Assembly (NCBI RefSeq): GCF_054482595.1
Contig: NZ_CM137008.1
Direction: 5' to 3' (one strand)
DNA: 64,000 bases
Made by a program: the position numbers and the translations under genes. The first letter of the stretch is position 1; the number at the start of each line of letters is the position of its first letter. The notes beneath the pieces were generated by a model. It worked only from the letters and a program-made list of their open reading frames with translations. It did not search any database and was not told the DNA's origin. Positions 11,797-22,941 of the stretch are shown here, in pieces.

Positions 11797-11879
11797 CGGG
11801 GCTATTCACCTTCTTATGTCTGGTTGCCAGGTTAAACGTAAAACATTCACCTTACGGCTGGTGGGTTTTATTACGCTCA

Positions 11880-11930
11880 ACGTTAGTGTATTTTTATTCA
11901 TAAATACCGCATGAATATTGATACTATCAT
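11880..11930. promoter_or_regulatory. argE/argCBH divergent control region with tandem ARG boxes (ArgR operator)
   Basis: AGTGTATTTTTATTCATAAATACCGCATGAATATTGATACTAT: two palindromic TNTGAAT...ATTCA-like boxes between divergent argC and argE. Confidence 0.7.
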
Positions 11931-11949
11931 GACCAGAGGTGTGTCAACA

Positions 11950-13101
11950 ATGAAAAACAAATTACCGCCATTTCTCGAGATTTACCGTGCTCTGATTGCC
12001 ACACCTTCAATAAGCGCCACGGAAGAGGCACTCGATCAAAGCAATGCAGATTTAATCACTCTGCTGGCGGACTGGTTTAAAGATTTAGGCTTCAATGTGG
12101 AAGTGCAGCCTGTGCCAGGAACTCGCAACAAATTTAATATGCTGGCAAGTACCGGACAGGGGGCTGGCGGCTTGTTGCTGGCGGGGCATACCGATACGGT
12201 ACCATTTGATGACGGTCGCTGGACGCGCGATCCGTTTACACTGACGGAGCATGACGGCAAGCTTTACGGCTTAGGCACCGCCGACATGAAAGGCTTTTTT
12301 GCGTTTATCCTTGATGCGCTACGCGATGTCGACGTCACGAAACTGAAAAAACCGCTCTACATTCTGGCGACTGCAGATGAAGAAACCAGTATGGCCGGAG
12401 CGCGTTATTTTGCCGAAACTACTGCCCTGCGCCCGGATTGCGCCATCATTGGCGAACCGACGTCACTACAACCGGTACGCGCACATAAAGGTCATATCTC
12501 TAACGCCATCCGTATTCAGGGCCAGTCGGGGCACTCCAGCGATCCAGCACGCGGAGTTAACGCTATCGAACTAATGCACGACGCCATCGGGCATATTTTG
12601 CAATTGCGCGATAACCTGAAAGAACGTTATCACTACAACGCGTTTACCGTGCCATACCCTACGCTCAACCTCGGGCATATTCACGGTGGCGACGCGTCTA
12701 ACCGTATTTGCGCTTGCTGTGAGTTGCATATGGATATTCGTCCGCTGCCTGGCATGACACTCAATGAACTTAATGGTTTGCTCAACGATGCATTGGCTCC
12801 GGTGAGCGAACGCTGGCCGGGTCGTCTGACGGTCGACGAGCTGCATCCGCCGATCCCTGGCTATGAATGCCCGCCAAATCATCAACTGGTTGAAGTGGTT
12901 GAGAAATTGCTCGGAGCAAAGACCGAAGTGGTGAATTACTGTACCGAAGCGCCGTTTATTCAAACGTTATGCCCGACGCTGGTTCTGGGGCCGGGTTCAA
13001 TCAATCAAGCCCATCAGCCTGATGAATATCTGGAGACGAGGTTTATCAAGCCCACCCGCGAACTGATCACCCAGGTGATTCACCATTTTTGCTGGCATTA
13101 A
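11950..13101 (+). CDS. argE: Acetylornithine deacetylase ArgE
   Basis: Conserved start [43 protein letters not shown]...; track ORF extended 13 codons. Confidence 0.93.
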   Translation: MKNKLPPFLEIYRALIATPSISATEEALDQSNADLITLLADWFKDLGFNVEVQPVPGTRNKFNMLASTGQGAGGLLLAGHTDTVPFDDGRWTRDPFTLTEHDGKLYGLGTADMKGFFAFILDALRDVDVTKLKKPLYILATADEETSMAGARYFAETTALRPDCAIIGEPTSLQPVRAHKGHISNAIRIQGQSGHSSDPARGVNAIELMHDAIGHILQLRDNLKERYHYNAFTVPYPTLNLGHIHGGDASNRICACCELHMDIRPLPGMTLNELNGLLNDALAPVSERWPGRLTVDELHPPIPGYECPPNHQLVEVVEKLLGAKTEVVNYCTEAPFIQTLCPTLVLGPGSINQAHQPDEYLETRFIKPTRELITQVIHHFCWH

Positions 13102-13104
13102 AAC

Positions 13105-13206
13105 GTAGGCCGGATAAGGCGCTCGCGCCGCATCCGGCACTGTTGCCAAACTCCAGTGCCGCAATAATGTCGGATGCGATACTTGCGCATCTTATCCGAC
13201 CTACAC
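13105..13206. repeat. REP (BIME-like) palindromic repeats
   Basis: gtaggccggataaggcgctcgcgccgcatccggcac and gtcggatgcgatacttgcgcatcttatccgacctaca. Confidence 0.7.
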
Positions 13207-13452
13207 CTTTGGTGTTACTTGAGGCGATTTTTTAACATTCCCATAAGTTACGCTTATTTAAAGCGTCGTGAATTTAATGACGTAAATTCCTGCTATTTAT
13301 TCGTTTGCTGAAGCGATTTCGCAGCATTTGACGTCACCGCTTTTACGTGGCTTTATAAAAGACGACGAAAAGCAAAGCCCGAGCATATTCGCGCCAATGC
13401 GACGTGAAGGATACAGGGCTATCAAACGATAAGATGGGGTGTCTGGGGTAAT

Positions 13453-16104
13453 ATGAACGAACAATATTCCGCATTGCGTAGTAATGTCAGTATGCTCGGC
13501 AAAGTGCTGGGAGAAACCATCAAGGATGCGTTGGGAGAACACATTCTTGAACGCGTAGAAACTATCCGTAAGTTGTCCAAATCTTCACGCGCTGGCAATG
13601 ATGCTAACCGCCAGGAGTTGCTCACCACCTTACAAAATTTGTCGAACGACGAGCTGCTGCCCGTTGCGCGTGCGTTTAGTCAGTTCCTGAACCTGGCCAA
13701 CACCGCCGAGCAATACCACAGCATTTCGCCGAAAGGCGAAGCTGCCAGCAACCCGGAAGTGATCGCCCGCACCCTGCGTAAACTGAAAAACCAGCCGGAA
13801 CTGAGCGAAGACACCATCAAAAAAGCAGTGGAATCGCTGTCGCTGGAACTGGTCCTCACGGCTCACCCAACCGAAATTACCCGTCGTACACTGATCCACA
13901 AAATGGTGGAAGTGAACGCCTGTTTAAAACAGCTCGATAACAAAGATATCGCTGACTACGAACACAACCAGCTGATGCGCCGCCTGCGCCAGTTGATCGC
14001 CCAGTCATGGCATACCGATGAAATCCGTAAGCTGCGTCCAAGCCCGGTAGATGAAGCCAAATGGGGCTTTGCCGTAGTAGAAAACAGCCTGTGGCAAGGC
14101 GTACCGAATTACCTGCGCGAACTGAACGAACAACTGGAAGAGAACCTCGGCTACAAACTGCCCGTCGAATTTGTTCCGGTACGTTTTACCTCGTGGATGG
14201 GCGGTGACCGCGACGGCAACCCAAACGTCACTGCCGATATCACCCGCCACGTCCTGCTGCTCAGCCGTTGGAAAGCCACCGATTTGTTCCTGAAAGATAT
14301 TCAGGTGCTGGTTTCTGAACTGTCGATGGTTGAAGCGACCCCTGAACTGCTGGCGCTGGTTGGCGAAGAAGGTGCCGCAGAACCGTATCGCTATCTGATG
14401 AAAAACCTGCGTTCTCGCCTGATGGCGACACAGGCATGGCTGGAAGCGCGCCTGAAAGGCGAAGAACTGCCAAAACCAGAAGGCCTGCTGACACAAAACG
14501 AAGAACTGTGGGAACCGCTCTACGCTTGCTACCAGTCACTTCAGGCGTGTGGCATGGGTATTATCGCCAACGGCGATCTGCTCGACACCCTGCGCCGCGT
14601 GAAATGTTTCGGCGTACCGCTGGTCCGTATTGATATCCGTCAGGAGAGCACCCGCCATACCGAAGCGCTGGGCGAGCTGACCCGCTACCTCGGTATCGGC
14701 GACTACGAAAGCTGGTCAGAGGCCGACAAACAGGCGTTCCTGATCCGCGAACTGAACTCCAAACGTCCGCTTCTGCCGCGCAACTGGCAACCAAGCGCCG
14801 AAACGCGCGAAGTGCTCGATACCTGCCAGGTGATTGCCGAAGCGCCGCAAGGCTCCATTGCCGCCTACGTGATCTCGATGGCGAAAACGCCGTCCGACGT
14901 GCTGGCTGTCCACCTGCTGCTGAAAGAAGCGGGTATCGGGTTTGCAATGCCGGTTGCTCCGCTGTTTGAAACCCTCGATGACCTGAACAACGCCAACGAT
15001 GTCATGACCCAGCTGCTGAATATCGACTGGTATCGCGGCCTGATTCAGGGCAAACAGATGGTGATGATTGGCTATTCCGACTCAGCAAAAGATGCGGGCG
15101 TGATGGCAGCTTCCTGGGCGCAATATCAGGCACAGGATGCATTAATCAAAACCTGCGAAAAAGCGGGTATTGAGCTGACGTTGTTCCACGGTCGCGGCGG
15201 TTCCATTGGTCGCGGCGGCGCACCTGCTCATGCGGCGCTGCTGTCACAACCGCCAGGAAGCCTGAAAGGTGGCCTGCGCGTGACTGAACAGGGCGAGATG
15301 ATCCGCTTTAAATATGGTCTGCCAGAAATCACCGTCAGCAGCCTGTCGCTTTACACCGGGGCGATTCTGGAAGCCAACCTGCTGCCACCACCTGAGCCGA
15401 AAGAGAGCTGGCGTCGCATTATGGATGAACTATCAGTCATCTCCTGCGATCTCTACCGTGGCTACGTACGTGAAAACAAAGATTTTGTGCCTTACTTCCG
15501 CTCCGCTACACCGGAACAAGAACTGGGCAAACTGCCGTTGGGTTCACGTCCGGCGAAACGTCGCCCGACCGGCGGCGTCGAGTCGCTGCGCGCCATTCCG
15601 TGGATTTTTGCCTGGACGCAAAACCGTCTGATGCTCCCCGCCTGGCTGGGTGCAGGTACAGCGCTGCAAAAAGTGGTCGAAGATGGCAAACAGAGCGAGC
15701 TGGAGGCTATGTGCCGCGATTGGCCATTCTTCTCGACGCGTCTCGGCATGCTGGAAATGGTATTCGCCAAAGCAGATCTGTGGCTGGCGGAATACTATGA
15801 CCAACGCCTGGTAGACAAAGCACTGTGGCCGTTAGGTAAAGAGTTACGCAATCTGCAAGAAGAAGACATCAAAGTGGTGCTGGCAATTGCCAACGATTCC
15901 CATCTGATGGCCGATCTGCCGTGGATTGCAGAGTCTATTCAGCTACGGAATATTTACACCGACCCGCTGAACGTATTGCAAGCCGAGTTGCTGCACCGCT
16001 CCCGCCAGGCAGAAAAAGAAGGCCAGGAACCGGATCCTCGCGTCGAACAAGCGTTAATGGTCACTATTGCCGGGATTGCGGCAGGTATGCGTAATACCGG
16101 CTAA
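13453..16104 (+). CDS. ppc: Phosphoenolpyruvate carboxylase Ppc
   Basis: 883 aa [41 protein letters not shown]... Confidence 0.96.
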
Positions 16105-16117
16105 TCTTCCTCTCCTG

Positions 16118-16150
16118 CAAACCCTCGTGCTTTTGCGCGAGGGTTTTCTG
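16118..16150 (+). terminator. ppc intrinsic terminator
   Basis: Hairpin aaaccctcgtgcttttgcgcgagggtttt followed by T-rich tail. Confidence 0.65.
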
Positions 16151-16285
16151 AAATACTTCTGTTCTAACACCCTCGTTTTCAATATATTTCTGTCTGCATT
16201 TTATTCAAATTCTGGATATCCCTTCAGATATCCTTAAGGAATTGTCGGTACATTCGGCGATATTTTTTCAAGACAGGTTCTTACT

Positions 16286-18019
16286 ATGCATTCCACAGAA
16301 GTCCAGGCTAAACCTCTTTTTAGCTGGAAAGCCCTGGGTTGGGCACTGCTCTACTTTTGGTTTTTCTCTACTCTGCTACAGGCCATTATTTACATCAGTG
16401 GTTATAGTGGCACCAACGGCATTCGCGACTCGCTGTTATTCAGCTCGCTGTGGTTGATCCCGGTATTCCTCTTTCCGAAGCGGATCAAAATTATTGCCGC
16501 AGTGATCGGCGTGGTGCTATGGGCGGCCTCTCTGGCGGCGCTGTGCTACTACGTCATCTACGGTCAGGAGTTCTCGCAGAGCGTTCTGTTTGTGATGTTC
16601 GAAACCAACACCAACGAAGCCAGCGAGTATTTAAGCCAGTATTTCAGCCTGAAAATTGTGCTTATCGCGCTGGCCTATACGGCGGTGGCAGTTCTGCTGT
16701 GGACACGCCTGCGCCCGGTCTATATTCCAAAGCCGTGGCGTTATGTTGTCTCTTTTGCCCTGCTTTATGGCTTGATTCTGCATCCGATCGCCATGAATAC
16801 GTTTATCAAAAACAAGCCGTTTGAGAAAACGTTGGATAACCTGGCCTCGCGTATGGAGCCTGCCGCACCGTGGCAATTCCTGACCGGCTATTATCAGTAT
16901 CGTCAGCAACTAAACTCGCTAACAAAGCTACTGAATGAAAATAATGCCTTGCCGCCGCTGGCTAATTTCAAAGATGAATCGGGTAACGAACCGCGCACCT
17001 TAGTGCTGGTGATTGGCGAGTCAACCCAGCGTGGACGCATGAGTCTGTACGGTTATCCGCGTGAAACCACGCCGGAGCTGGATGCGCTGCATAAAACCGA
17101 TCCGAATCTAACCGTGTTTAATAACGTAGTTACGTCTCGTCCGTACACCATTGAAATCCTGCAACAGGCGCTGACCTTTGCCAATGAAAAGAACCCGGAT
17201 CTGTATCTGACGCAGCCGTCGCTGATGAACATGATGAAACAGGCGGGTTATAAAACCTTCTGGATCACCAACCAGCAGACGATGACCGCCCGCAATACCA
17301 TGCTGACGGTATTTTCGCGCCAGACCGACAAGCAGTACTACATGAACCAGCAACGTACACAGAGTGCGCGTGAATACGACACCAACGTGCTGAAGCCGTT
17401 CCAGGAAGTGCTGAAGGACCCTGCGCCGAAGAAACTGATCATCGTTCATCTGCTGGGTACGCATATCAAATACAAATACCGCTACCCGGAAAATCAGGGC
17501 AAGTTTGATGGCAATACCGATCATATTCCGCCGGGATTAAACGCGGAAGAGCTGGAGTCATATAACGATTATGACAACGCTAACCTGTATAACGATCATG
17601 TGGTTGCCAGCCTGATTAAAGACTTTAAAGCGGCAGACCCGAACGGATTCCTGGTTTACTTCTCTGACCACGGTGAAGAGGTTTACGACACGCCGCCTCA
17701 TAAAACCCAGGGGCGTAATGAGGACAACCCGACGCGTCATATGTACACCATTCCGTTCCTGCTGTGGACGTCGGAAAAATGGCAAGCGACTCATCCGCGT
17801 GATTTCTCACAGGATGTCGATCGTAAATACAGCCTGGCGGAACTGATCCACACCTGGTCAGATTTGGCGGGCTTATCTTACGACGGTTACGATCCAACCC
17901 GTTCAGTGGTGAATCCGCAGTTCAAAGAAACTACCCGCTGGATTGGTAACCCGTACAAGAAAAACGCGCTGATCGATTACGACACACTGCCGTATGGCGA
18001 TCAGGTGGGTAATCAGTAA
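16286..18019 (+). CDS. eptC: Phosphoethanolamine transferase EptC (CptA/YijP)
   Basis: 577 aa MHSTEVQAKPLFSWKALGWALLYFWFFSTLLQ...; N-terminal TM domain + sulfatase-like domain. Confidence 0.93.
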   Translation: MHSTEVQAKPLFSWKALGWALLYFWFFSTLLQAIIYISGYSGTNGIRDSLLFSSLWLIPVFLFPKRIKIIAAVIGVVLWAASLAALCYYVIYGQEFSQSVLFVMFETNTNEASEYLSQYFSLKIVLIALAYTAVAVLLWTRLRPVYIPKPWRYVVSFALLYGLILHPIAMNTFIKNKPFEKTLDNLASRMEPAAPWQFLTGYYQYRQQLNSLTKLLNENNALPPLANFKDESGNEPRTLVLVIGESTQRGRMSLYGYPRETTPELDALHKTDPNLTVFNNVVTSRPYTIEILQQALTFANEKNPDLYLTQPSLMNMMKQAGYKTFWITNQQTMTARNTMLTVFSRQTDKQYYMNQQRTQSAREYDTNVLKPFQEVLKDPAPKKLIIVHLLGTHIKYKYRYPENQGKFDGNTDHIPPGLNAEELESYNDYDNANLYNDHVVASLIKDFKAADPNGFLVYFSDHGEEVYDTPPHKTQGRNEDNPTRHMYTIPFLLWTSEKWQATHPRDFSQDVDRKYSLAELIHTWSDLAGLSYDGYDPTRSVVNPQFKETTRWIGNPYKKNALIDYDTLPYGDQVGNQ

Positions 18020-18039
18020 TTATCAGCCAGGCGCTATTT

Positions 18040-18124
18040 GCCGGATGCGACGCTTGACGCGTCTTATCCGGCCTACAGATCGCGGCGGTAGACTGGATAA
18101 GGCGTTTACGCCACATCCGGCAAT
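18040..18124. repeat. REP palindromic repeats
   Basis: gccggatgcgacgcttgacgcgtcttatccggcctaca and agactggataaggcgtttacgccacatccggcaa. Confidence 0.7.
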
Positions 18125-18158
18125 ACAACTGCCGCAATGTTTACATCGAACTCCCCTC

Positions 18159-18187
18159 AGGCCACACTTTTCAGGTGGCCTTTTTTA
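18159..18187 (+). terminator. Intrinsic terminator downstream of eptC
   Basis: Hairpin aggccacacttttcaggtggcc followed by tttttt. Confidence 0.6.
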
Positions 18188-18233
18188 ATAAGGCCAGTTA
18201 CTGTTTTCCCGTCTACATACCTAAGGGAATAAC

Positions 18234-19085
18234 ATGTATCACGACGTCAGCTATCTGCTCTCCCGCCTGATCAACGGCCCGCTGTCCCTGCGCCAGATTT
18301 ACTTTGCCAGCAGTAACGGCCCGGTGCCCGATCTTGCGTATCAGGTCGATTTTCCACGGCTGGAAATTGTGCTGGAAGGTGAGTTTGTTGATACCGGCGC
18401 TGGAGCAACGTTAGTTCCCGGCGATGTGCTGTACGTTGCCGCTGGTGGCTGGAATTTTCCACAATGGCAAGCCCCCGCTACTACCTTTAGCGTGCTGTTT
18501 GGCAAACAGCAACTCGGCTTCAGCGTCGTGCAATGGGATGGCAAACAATATCAAAATCTGGCGAAGCAACACGTCGCCCGACGCGGCCCACGCATAGGTT
18601 CTTTTCTGCTACAAACGCTCAATGAAATGCAAATGCAGCCGCAGGAGCAGCAAACGGCAAGGCTTATCGTCGCCAGCCTGCTTAGCCACTGCCGCGATTT
18701 GCTTGGCAGCCAAATCCAGACCGCCTCACGCAGCCAGGCACTATTCGAAGCTATTCGCGATTATATCGACGAACGCTATGCCTCCGCGCTTACCCGCGAA
18801 TCTGTCGCACAGGCATTCTATATTTCACCAAACTATCTCTCGCACCTGTTTCAAAAAACGGGGGCCATTGGTTTTAACGAATACCTGAATCACACGCGAC
18901 TGGAGCACGCTAAGACGTTATTGAAAGGCTATGACCTGAAGGTAAAAGAAGTGGCGCACGCCTGCGGCTTTGTCGACAGCAACTACTTCTGCCGTCTGTT
19001 TCGTAAAAACACCGAACGCTCGCCGTCGGAATATCGCCGGCAGTACCACAGCCAACTGACAGAAAAACCGACTACTCCAGAATAA
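18234..19085 (+). CDS. yijO: AraC-family transcriptional regulator YijO
   Basis: 283 aa MYHDVSYLLSRLINGPLSLRQIYFASSNGPV...; C-terminal AraC HTH (NYLSHLFQKTG...). Confidence 0.9.
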   Translation: MYHDVSYLLSRLINGPLSLRQIYFASSNGPVPDLAYQVDFPRLEIVLEGEFVDTGAGATLVPGDVLYVAAGGWNFPQWQAPATTFSVLFGKQQLGFSVVQWDGKQYQNLAKQHVARRGPRIGSFLLQTLNEMQMQPQEQQTARLIVASLLSHCRDLLGSQIQTASRSQALFEAIRDYIDERYASALTRESVAQAFYISPNYLSHLFQKTGAIGFNEYLNHTRLEHAKTLLKGYDLKVKEVAHACGFVDSNYFCRLFRKNTERSPSEYRRQYHSQLTEKPTTPE

Positions 19086-19413
19086 GATGGGTTTGCTGCG
19101 GCGCAGAAAGCACTTTGCGCACCGCGCTCATTACCCGCTGCGGCTCACGCAGGAATGCGTAGATGCTGCATTGCACATAGCGGCAATGTTCAAATCGCTC
19201 GGCACCGGCAAGCTCGATATCCGTAATCAACAGAGCAACATCCGCCCGACGGATATCCTCGTCCGCTAAACGATTCTCCGTTCCCAGCGCGCCCTGAGTT
19301 TCAATGCTGACTCCCCACTTCTCTAACAGGCACAACTTTTCCAGCCGTTCCGCCGCCATATATGTATGCGCCACGCCGCTTACGCAGGCGGTTACTGCCA
19401 CCAGGTATGCCAT
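19072..19413 (-). CDS. frwD: PTS fructose-like EIIB component FrwD
   Basis: 113 aa MAYLVAVTACVSGVAHTYMAAERLEKL... (PTS EIIB fold, Cys phosphorylation site). Confidence 0.9.
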   Translation of the reverse strand: MAYLVAVTACVSGVAHTYMAAERLEKLCLLEKWGVSIETQGALGTENRLADEDIRRADVALLITDIELAGAERFEHCRYVQCSIYAFLREPQRVMSAVRKVLSAPQQTHLILE

Positions 19414-19414
19414 T

Positions 19415-20293
19415 TTAACCTCCCACGGTAACCTGAAATCCGGCCCGTTCTGCCATTTCGCGCATCGTTGTCACATCGGCTGACGACGGCGCAGGCACCT
19501 CTTTCATCGACCATGTTTTCCCCAGCAGGCGGTATTTCGGTTCGCCGTACTGATGAAACGGTAACAGATGGATCTGCCTGATTTTCAGCGGGATCAGTAC
19601 ATCCAGCGCCTGCTGCATATTCTCCCGGCTGAGCGTGAAACCAGGGATCAGCGGTAAACGCGGGATCACGTTGACGCCCTCACTCACCAGCAAACGCAGA
19701 TTCTCCAGCACGCGTGGCAGGTTCATCTTCACCACATCCCGCGCCTGAGTCGCGTCCATAATTTTTAAATCGAACAACACTTCATCGCACAATTTCGCCA
19801 GCGGTAACAGCTTGCTGGCTGGCGCGTCTCCGGCAGTTTCAATGGCGCATGACACGCCCCACAACCGCAGCCGCTGTAAAAAACGGGTAGCAAACTCCGC
19901 CTGCATTAACACTTCGCCGCCAGAAAGCGTGACGCCGCCGCCGGACGTGCGAAAGAAAATGTCATCTTTCATCACTTCCCGTTCCAGCGCGTCAAGGCTG
20001 ATATCGCGACCAATCCGTTCAAACGCCCCGGAGGGGCATTCATCCGCATCACGCAAACATTTCGCACAGTGCAGACATTTCGCCTCTCTGCGTACCGTCT
20101 GGATTTTGCCGGAGATCGACTCCGGATTAGCACACCACGGGCAAAGATGCGGACAGCCTTTAAAAAAGACCACCGTACGAATGCCCTCGCCGTCATTCAG
20201 TGAATAACGCTGAATGTTGAAAATGCGCGCCACATCATTGCGGCGCGTTTCCACAACGTTACAGCTGATGCGCTGTCCGACGGATGATGTCAT
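19415..20293 (-). CDS. pflC: Glycyl-radical enzyme activating protein PflC (radical SAM)
   Basis: Conserved start MTSSVGQRISCNVVETRR...; CxxxCxxC radical-SAM motif (GCPHLCPWCANPES). Track ORF extended 23 codons. Confidence 0.9.
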   Translation of the reverse strand: MTSSVGQRISCNVVETRRNDVARIFNIQRYSLNDGEGIRTVVFFKGCPHLCPWCANPESISGKIQTVRREAKCLHCAKCLRDADECPSGAFERIGRDISLDALEREVMKDDIFFRTSGGGVTLSGGEVLMQAEFATRFLQRLRLWGVSCAIETAGDAPASKLLPLAKLCDEVLFDLKIMDATQARDVVKMNLPRVLENLRLLVSEGVNVIPRLPLIPGFTLSRENMQQALDVLIPLKIRQIHLLPFHQYGEPKYRLLGKTWSMKEVPAPSSADVTTMREMAERAGFQVTVGG

Positions 20294-22556
20294 CCTGGAT
20301 CTCCTTCGACAGTTCGACAAAGAAGGCGCTGTATCCGGCAACGCGCACCACCAGCCCGGCATAATCTTGTGGGCGCTGTTGCGCTTCCCGCAACGTGTCG
20401 GCGTTCACCACGTTAAACTGAATATGCTGCAACTTAAGCTGGGTAAACGCCCGTAAGAAGTCGGCCAGTTTGCGTAATCCCGCTTCACCTTCCAGGGTCG
20501 CCGGAGTGAATTTCACGTTCAGCAACGTACCGTTAGACAGCAGCGTATTATCGAGCTTACTGACTGACTTCAGTACCGCTGTTGGCCCTTGTGCGTCCTG
20601 GCCCAGCATGGGTGACAAGCCGCCGTCTGCCAGTTGTTCCCCGGCAAAACGACCGTCTGGCGTCGCACCAACCACCGATCCCAACGGGACGTGAGCAGAA
20701 ACGGTATACGATCCCGGCGTGAAGTAACCGCCGCGCGGGTTCTGGTATTTTTCCACTTCTTTGCAGTAGTGGCGCAACAGTTCGGCGCTAATGTTATCCA
20801 CCTCGTCGATATCGTTACCGTATTTCTCAAAGCGGTTAATTAAGCGAGCGCGGACTTTTTCGCCTTCTGGCGTTGCAAAGTTGGCTTTTAATACCGACAG
20901 CAATTCGTCAAAACTTAAACGCTGTTGATCAAAAACCATCCCTTTCAACGCATGGAGAGAATCGCTCAGGTTGGCGATACCAATTCCCTGTACGCCGGAG
21001 AAGTTATAACGCGCGCCGCCATCGGTAATATCGCGACCTTTTTCCAGACAATCGCTGATAAAAGACGAGAGCAGCGGTACAGGTGCCCAGTCGCGATGGC
21101 CGATATCACAAATATTGCTGCCCTCAACCATCAGGGTGATGTAGTGGCTGATCTTGGCGCGGATCTGCTCCAGTAAACCTTCATAAGTCAGCGCAGCATT
21201 GCCTTCATTTTCATGCAGGCAGATTTCCATCACTTTCAGCAGATTAAACATCGCGATGTCATGCAAGCCGTAGGTTCTGCCGGGAATAGATAATTCCACA
21301 CAGCCCACTACGGAATAGTCGCGCGCATCTTCCAGCGAAACGCCACGGTTGAGGAACGCTGGCACCACCACTTCATCGTTAAAGATTTGCGGAATACCGG
21401 TGCCGAGGCGAATGGTTTCTGCGGTTTTCATCAGGAACGGCGTGTCGATCAAGGCGTTAGTGCGCACCCCTAGGTTCGGTTGCGGTAATTGTACGCTTTG
21501 ATAGGCATCGAGGCAGAGGAACGAAAGCACGTTCACCGCGCTACGTCCGTTCTCGGTTAACCCGCCGAGCAGTGCGGTATAGCCAGTCGGGAAACCTGCG
21601 AAATAACGCGCGCTGCTGGTGGAGCGCAACAGCACAATGTCGTTGCATTTCACCCATAAAGATTCGAGCAGTTCTTTCAGGAACGCCGGATCTTCGCCCT
21701 GGGTTAAAGATGCCTGATAGAACGGCAACATATACTGGTCGAAGCGCCCTAAAGACAGCGAACTGGCGTTGGATTCGTATTGCAGAATGATGTTCATGTA
21801 CCAGAATAACTGGCACGCCTGCCAGAACGTCTGCGGCTTATGTTCGGCGTTATGGCGGGAGATCTCCGCAATAGTCAGCAGTTCTTCGCGACGCTGGGCA
21901 TCAGTGCAGCTTGCCGCCATCGTTTCCGCCAGTTCGGCGTAACGCAAAATGTGTTTCTGCGAGGCTTCGAGCAGTAACAGCGCTGCCTGATAAAAGTGAT
22001 TCTCCGGCTGTTGCTGACAATGTTGCTGCATTTGCGCTACCAGCTCACCCAGCCCGTGATTCAGCAGGCGCGGGTAATCAATAATAATGTGCCCCTGGCC
22101 TTTATCCGTCTGGTTGATGCTGAAAATCTGCGTGCTGGTCGCGGCTTTTACTTCATCCGTCATCTGCCCGTTGATGAAATCTTTCATCGAACGTTTTTCC
22201 CAGTACGGGAACAACTCTTCACGGTAGATACGTTTATCTTCTTCGCTGATAGCAAAGCGGTCCTGCGGACGCGTCGGGAACTGGTCCAACTCTTTCAGCA
22301 ACCAGTAAGGGTCCATTTCCGGCGACATAATCCCGGCGCGCGGTTTCACCGTGCGGTTACCGGCAATCAGTTCTTCATCACGAATCGAAATTTCAACATG
22401 TTCAAGGATATACGCTGTTGCTTTCGCCCGGCGCAATATCACCGGTTCGCCTTCGGTTTGCCGATGGCTGGCGGTATAAAGCAGCGCACGCTCCAGCGAG
22501 ATTTCACGGGTATTGGCAAACAGTGCAGTTTTGAGGCGAGAGATACGATTCGTCAT
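20259..22556 (-). CDS. pflD: Pyruvate formate-lyase-like glycyl radical enzyme PflD
   Basis: 765 aa MTNRISRLKTALFANTREISLERALLYTASHRQ...; glycyl-radical motif RVAGYSA near C-terminus. Confidence 0.93.
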   Translation of the reverse strand: MTNRISRLKTALFANTREISLERALLYTASHRQTEGEPVILRRAKATAYILEHVEISIRDEELIAGNRTVKPRAGIMSPEMDPYWLLKELDQFPTRPQDRFAISEEDKRIYREELFPYWEKRSMKDFINGQMTDEVKAATSTQIFSINQTDKGQGHIIIDYPRLLNHGLGELVAQMQQHCQQQPENHFYQAALLLLEASQKHILRYAELAETMAASCTDAQRREELLTIAEISRHNAEHKPQTFWQACQLFWYMNIILQYESNASSLSLGRFDQYMLPFYQASLTQGEDPAFLKELLESLWVKCNDIVLLRSTSSARYFAGFPTGYTALLGGLTENGRSAVNVLSFLCLDAYQSVQLPQPNLGVRTNALIDTPFLMKTAETIRLGTGIPQIFNDEVVVPAFLNRGVSLEDARDYSVVGCVELSIPGRTYGLHDIAMFNLLKVMEICLHENEGNAALTYEGLLEQIRAKISHYITLMVEGSNICDIGHRDWAPVPLLSSFISDCLEKGRDITDGGARYNFSGVQGIGIANLSDSLHALKGMVFDQQRLSFDELLSVLKANFATPEGEKVRARLINRFEKYGNDIDEVDNISAELLRHYCKEVEKYQNPRGGYFTPGSYTVSAHVPLGSVVGATPDGRFAGEQLADGGLSPMLGQDAQGPTAVLKSVSKLDNTLLSNGTLLNVKFTPATLEGEAGLRKLADFLRAFTQLKLQHIQFNVVNADTLREAQQRPQDYAGLVVRVAGYSAFFVELSKEIQDDIIRRTAHQL

Positions 22557-22606
22557 GAGGAACTCCTGTGGGAAAGCGAACCCGCCCTTGCGAGCGGGAG
22601 AAGAAC

Positions 22607-22927
22607 TTAAGCGGTTTGCGCCAGGTGAGCTTCAATTTTGCTCATAATGGCGTCAGCGCGTTTTACCGCGTCGCTGATGTTGACGCGCACAATGGTCTTG
22701 CCAGCAAAACGCTCTTCAAACTTGATGCCGATATCTTTGGTCAGAATCACCATATCGGCGCTCGCCACATCTTCCGCAGTCAGTTCGTTTTCCAGACCAA
22801 TCGAGCCCTGGGTTTCTACTTTCACTTCCCAGCCTTTCGCTTTCGCGGCACTTTCCAGCGCCTCTGCCGCCATATAGGTATGGGCAACACCTGAAGGACA
22901 TGCGGTTACTGCAATAATTTTCGTCAT
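22607..22927 (-). CDS. frwB: PTS fructose-like EIIB component FrwB
   Basis: 106 aa MTKIIAVTACPSGVAHTYMAAEALESAAKAKGWEVKVETQG... Confidence 0.9.
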   Translation of the reverse strand: MTKIIAVTACPSGVAHTYMAAEALESAAKAKGWEVKVETQGSIGLENELTAEDVASADMVILTKDIGIKFEERFAGKTIVRVNISDAVKRADAIMSKIEAHLAQTA

Positions 22928-22941
22928 GGCTCGTTCCTCAA

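Noticed and set aside
14005-14947. Several minus-strand ORFs (163, 92, 128 aa) inside ppc
   Set aside because: Antisense to ppc; Arg/Gln-rich low-complexity translations typical of GC-rich antisense frames.
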